DNA of 64,000 bases from Phoronis australis (Eukaryota > Animalia > Phoronida). Below are positions 60,288 to 64,000 of the stretch, one piece after another. The stretch covers positions 439,265 through 503,264 of the forward strand of contig NMRA01000328.1 in the NCBI GenBank assembly GCA_002633005.1. Direction: 5' to 3'. The notes below the pieces were generated by a model, which ran no database searches, was not told where the DNA came from, and was given only the letters and a program-made list of their open reading frames with translations. The position numbers were made by a program, and so were the translations under genes. Within the stretch, counting starts at the first letter, position 1; each line of letters opens with the position of its first letter.

Positions 60288-61724
60288 CCATACTCGTCCG
60301 GGTTACCGCCCATGCTCGGCTTACCGCCCACCCACATTTTATGATCGAGACCTCCATAAAGGTGTGTACGCTTTTGTGAACCTTCTTCTCGCAAAACTAA
60401 GATTCCAAAATGTGTGTAACTCGCCTGCCTTTAAATGACAATCCATCACTTTTAGCAGAGCTGGGAGCTTGTTTTACTATGGCGGTAAAATACCCATATT
60501 GTCATGCTCTTAACTGAAGGAGACACAATTATTTCCTTTGGCTCACACGCGGAATTCGTGTCAGCACGTACTGATCACTGAGACAGCACTTGTTGAATGT
60601 ATTTCATTGCCATCGAAGTGGTACTTGACAAGAATTTCAAGTCCGTGGCCTACCTTTCTGGATTCCCCGTGACACTCACTGCCCCGCAGGTACACGAAAC
60701 ATCACCACCCTGAGCAATAAAATAAAAAAAAAACACAACAACACTCGGCTGGCACATGACCAACGATTTTGGAAACACCACCGACATTATTTTGGAGGCA
60801 TTGTTTTGAATACTAGCAGATACGGGCCATTGTTCCAATGTCTTCGTTAAACGGATGTTTTCGATGACTCACTCCTGACAACAAAATGGAAGTGCCCAAC
60901 CATAACCAACAGCGCAAGAAATCAACTTTTAATTAAGCACAAGTTGAACATTCTATCCACATCTACGTGGTCAAAAACTTTGTTTAACTCTTGATTTGCC
61001 TGTTGACTGTTCACGATGTGTTTTTGCTTTTTTACATGATGTGTTTTGCTTCATTATTTTCGCAGCTGACAGACCATCCCTATTGCCTAATGAGTTATAT
61101 CATTCGGTTGTTGAGCAGGTGCTTTGAACAAATTCTGGGAGGTTGGTGTTAGCTGTTCAACATAGAAAGAAATATACAATGTATATAAAATGTTACATTG
61201 TTCAAACTAGGTTCAAAGTATTTAGAAGAAAGACCAGCTGTCAATCATTAGCAGGTGGTTGATTGCCAAAGTAACTAGAGGCAGCATGTCTGCACAAAAT
61301 CACCTGCTTCCCATAGCAATACGGGACGATCTAGCACAGTCTTGCGTGATCTTACGTTTCTCTCAGGAAACTTGGCTACGTCTATCTGTAAGAATACCTT
61401 AGATCCAAGACATGACGAGCAGCGACCGAGGTACGTAAAAACCCAATCACAATCGGGATCATGGCGCCACTGGCGTGTGTACTATTCCACTTCAGGCCAT
61501 CGAAGTCCGTTACTGAATCAATCCACCTACGCATATTTTAACTTACATGCTTGAAGTCCGATGTCAGTGAAGCTCATTTAGGGTAAAATCAGTCTTTTGT
61601 GCAGCAAGCAGGCGACTATTCAAAAATTTCGATTTTAACCGACCATGTTCGGCTTACCGCCCACTCCTTGTTTTTTTAAGATTCCCATTTTAAGCGCCCT
61701 GGGCGGCAACCCGGATGAGTACGG
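60288..61724. mobile_element. Non-autonomous Tc2/pogo-like DNA transposon, family 1, copy 2
   Basis: TA|ccatactcgtccgggtt ... aacccggatgagtacgg|TA; colinear with 6260-7675. Confidence 0.87.
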
Positions 61725-62699
61725 TAATTATAAAGGACATTTGATACTAAATTCTGCTCCACATGTACATTTGTGAGATTCAATAAAACTTGTCCCCTCA
61801 CCATGCATTATGGAGATTGTCCGCTACACAGATTGAGAGATTCGATTCACTACCCTAAAAATTCTTCAATTTGATCCAAAAATAATTGCCGAAATTTCCA
61901 TTTCTATTTTTCAGAGGCTTGCCAAATTGTTGCAAATGCTCAAAATTTTGTCAAGTGTTGTTTGCTAAAAGCAAAGTCAATTTTCCTGAAAAGATATTTT
62001 TGTAGAGAAATTTGACACCTTTCCGCCATTTAAGTGCGAAACTGCAGAATTTTTAACATATATAGCACTGAGTTTGACATGCATAGTTCTACACGTTTTC
62101 TATGAAAAAGTAAATACGAGATTGCAATGCCCAAATTTTGTCATATTGAGGATCTCTGATACAAGATAATAAAATTTAGATAACAAAAATGTCATCTTAT
62201 TAATGAATTAGTACAGTAAAACAATTGAAAATGAAAGTACATGCCACCTTTTAGTAATTCATTGCACTGTACTTGCAAGAAAATTCACTAAATAATAATG
62301 TGCACAGAAAGATTCTAACATGAGTCTTCGCAACATGTATCACACAATCCGCAGACAACATGGAACAGAACCATTTTTGATGGAAAGCAACACAATAACA
62401 CTTAGAGCAATCTGTGTTGAACACCTTCTTTAATGAATCCTTGATAGCCTAGAAGTAACACAGAATTCGATTTATGAAATGCAGAGGTATTTGAAGGAGT
62501 GTGAACCTTGATATTTTAACCACTGGATGTTTATTGTATTACATTCAGTATTTACCTTGAGTTAAAAATTAAACATGACTTTACTTAGTTTGAACATATC
62601 TAACTCGAACATATTTTAGAAAATTCACCCATTCCAAAGTCAATTTCGACTTTTAAAGAATAAAAGTGTCCATCAAATGCTCTTTTCAGATTTTTTGCA

Positions 62700-63333
62700 A
62701 TAGTAAATATAGACCTAACTAACTTCAGAATATGTATTTCATTAATAAGTTGTTCTCTGATTGAATGAACAATCATGAAGTGTGTATAAATCAAGGCGTA
62801 ACATGTGAAGTAACTTTTTTAAAACAATTTTCCCAAAGAGAGTGATTGACTGTTGCCTACAAGGGTGGGAAATTGACATTCTTGAAAAGCACAAATTGTT
62901 CTATTTTAAATCTTTCAAGCTTAATTACTCTTCAGAGGAATACTTTCAGCTTAATCTACCTCACCATTTTATACAAAATTCATGTGAACTACAAACTGAA
63001 AGTGGAAACGGAAAGGCCCAACAAAATAGATTAGTGCGACAGAATTTGTGTTTTCTGTAATATGAACTTCATTGAAGACAAACTGCACTTTTTGTGGGTG
63101 TGTAATGCTTATGCAGACCTCCCTCAGCAATATATAAATGATATATAATGATAACCATAACCCTGTCCTATACTTCAACAAGATAAAGAAGACTCCTGAT
63201 GCAAACATTGTAAAGTTTGTATATGGAGCCACAGTGGTACGAAAAAATTGATGTTTTGTATTTAACTGTGCTTGTATATGTTTCTTATTGTACTTTAGGC
63301 CTCTGGCCTGGAATGCAATAAAGTATGGTATGG
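62700..63333 (+). mobile_element. Decayed 3' end of a non-LTR retrotransposon (RTE-X-like ORF2 C-terminus with CCHC knuckle)
   Basis: KL.YFKSFK...EEY...LQTESG, then frameshifted ICVFCNMNFIEDKLHFLWVCNAYADL; ends in aataaa plus (gtatg) repeats. The left boundary is approximate. Confidence 0.7.
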
Positions 63334-63462
63334 ATTTGAGGTTTCTACAATAGTGGGTAAAAGTTATATCTGACATGTGACCAGGCCTTCATGCAGCGTA
63401 CGTCCTGGGCGTCCAAATAGACGCCCTAGCACTAATGTAGACGCCCTAGCACTAATCATCTG

Positions 63463-63463
<1 letters not shown>

Positions 63464-63503
<40 letters not shown>
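63464..63503. repeat. Compound (CA)n(TA)n microsatellite
   Basis: Direct observation. Confidence 0.95.
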
Positions 63504-63504
<1 letters not shown>

Positions 63505-63660
63505 TTGGGTAGCAGACCTTCTTTTGTACATGTTTCATTGAAAAGTAACCTGTTCTTGGCTTTAATTAGTTTGTACAACAAATTTTCGTAGTGTCTACAC
63601 AAGTGTCTTTCATCGGATGGTAGTTGATATAGTAGATTGCCCAGTGTAAATGGCATCACG
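63503..63660 (-). mobile_element. Probable N-terminal fragment of a Penelope-like ORF
   Basis: MPFTLGNLLYQLP...RHYENLLYKLIKAK...LFNETCTKEGLLPKY resembles the F-x3-C-x3-LLP-x-Y pattern of Penelope N-termini; truncated at the microsatellite. Confidence 0.55.
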
Positions 63661-64000
63661 AACACACGAACACATACATATGAGTAAATATACAATAAAA
63701 CTCTGTGCAAAACATTTCATAATAAAACAGTAGCAGTACTTCGACTATACATTAGTTATCAAAGGCATATCAATTTAAAAATCGTAAACGCTATCGTGTA
63801 AGATACATGAAACAAGAACAATGACATTAAACACGAATATAAGGTTGCATATATACACTGTAAGAGCGCAATTACAGAAGGAATTGTCATGGAAACTAAT
63901 GTACTATGAAACGTTGTAAAATTTAATAAAATACATAGGTGTTACAACTTATGGACATTATTTATATAACTACAAGGTACGATGGAGCCCTGTATCTTAG

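Overview
AT-rich, intron-containing animal (invertebrate) genomic DNA with four assembly gaps; it is not prokaryotic, and most short ORFs in the track are spurious. Reading splice sites by hand gives a tandem array of four co-oriented (+ strand) type I transmembrane genes with the same exon-phase plan (signal peptide |1| ectodomain modules |1| stalk |1| TM |2| tail). Gene A (5' part outside the window): CUB, Pro-rich stalk, TM, Tyr-rich tail. Gene B (~762 aa): 3 SUEL/rhamnose-binding-lectin-like domains, CUB, N-glycosylated stalk, TM, tail. Gene C (~396 aa): mucin-only ectodomain, TM, basic tail. Gene D (~531 aa): 1 SUEL-like domain, CUB, short stalk, TM, tail rich in YxxM/YxN/ITSM/ITAM-like motifs. 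The lectin and CUB modules are highly divergent but keep their cysteine frame, all four TM helices carry GxxxG, and the tails carry different SH2/SH3/PDZ docking motifs. This looks like a lineage-specific cluster of modular cell-surface recognition receptors, possibly immune or self/non-self. Introns and spacers contain CCGTA-ended Tc2/pogo-like non-autonomous elements (one family carries a HIRAN-like ORF remnant), Harbinger-like MITEs, Penelope fragments with hammerhead-like motifs, a Helentron-associated-like repeat, a LINE 3' end and several minisatellites. Gene models are manual and have no transcript support; domain names come from motif recognition, not database searches.
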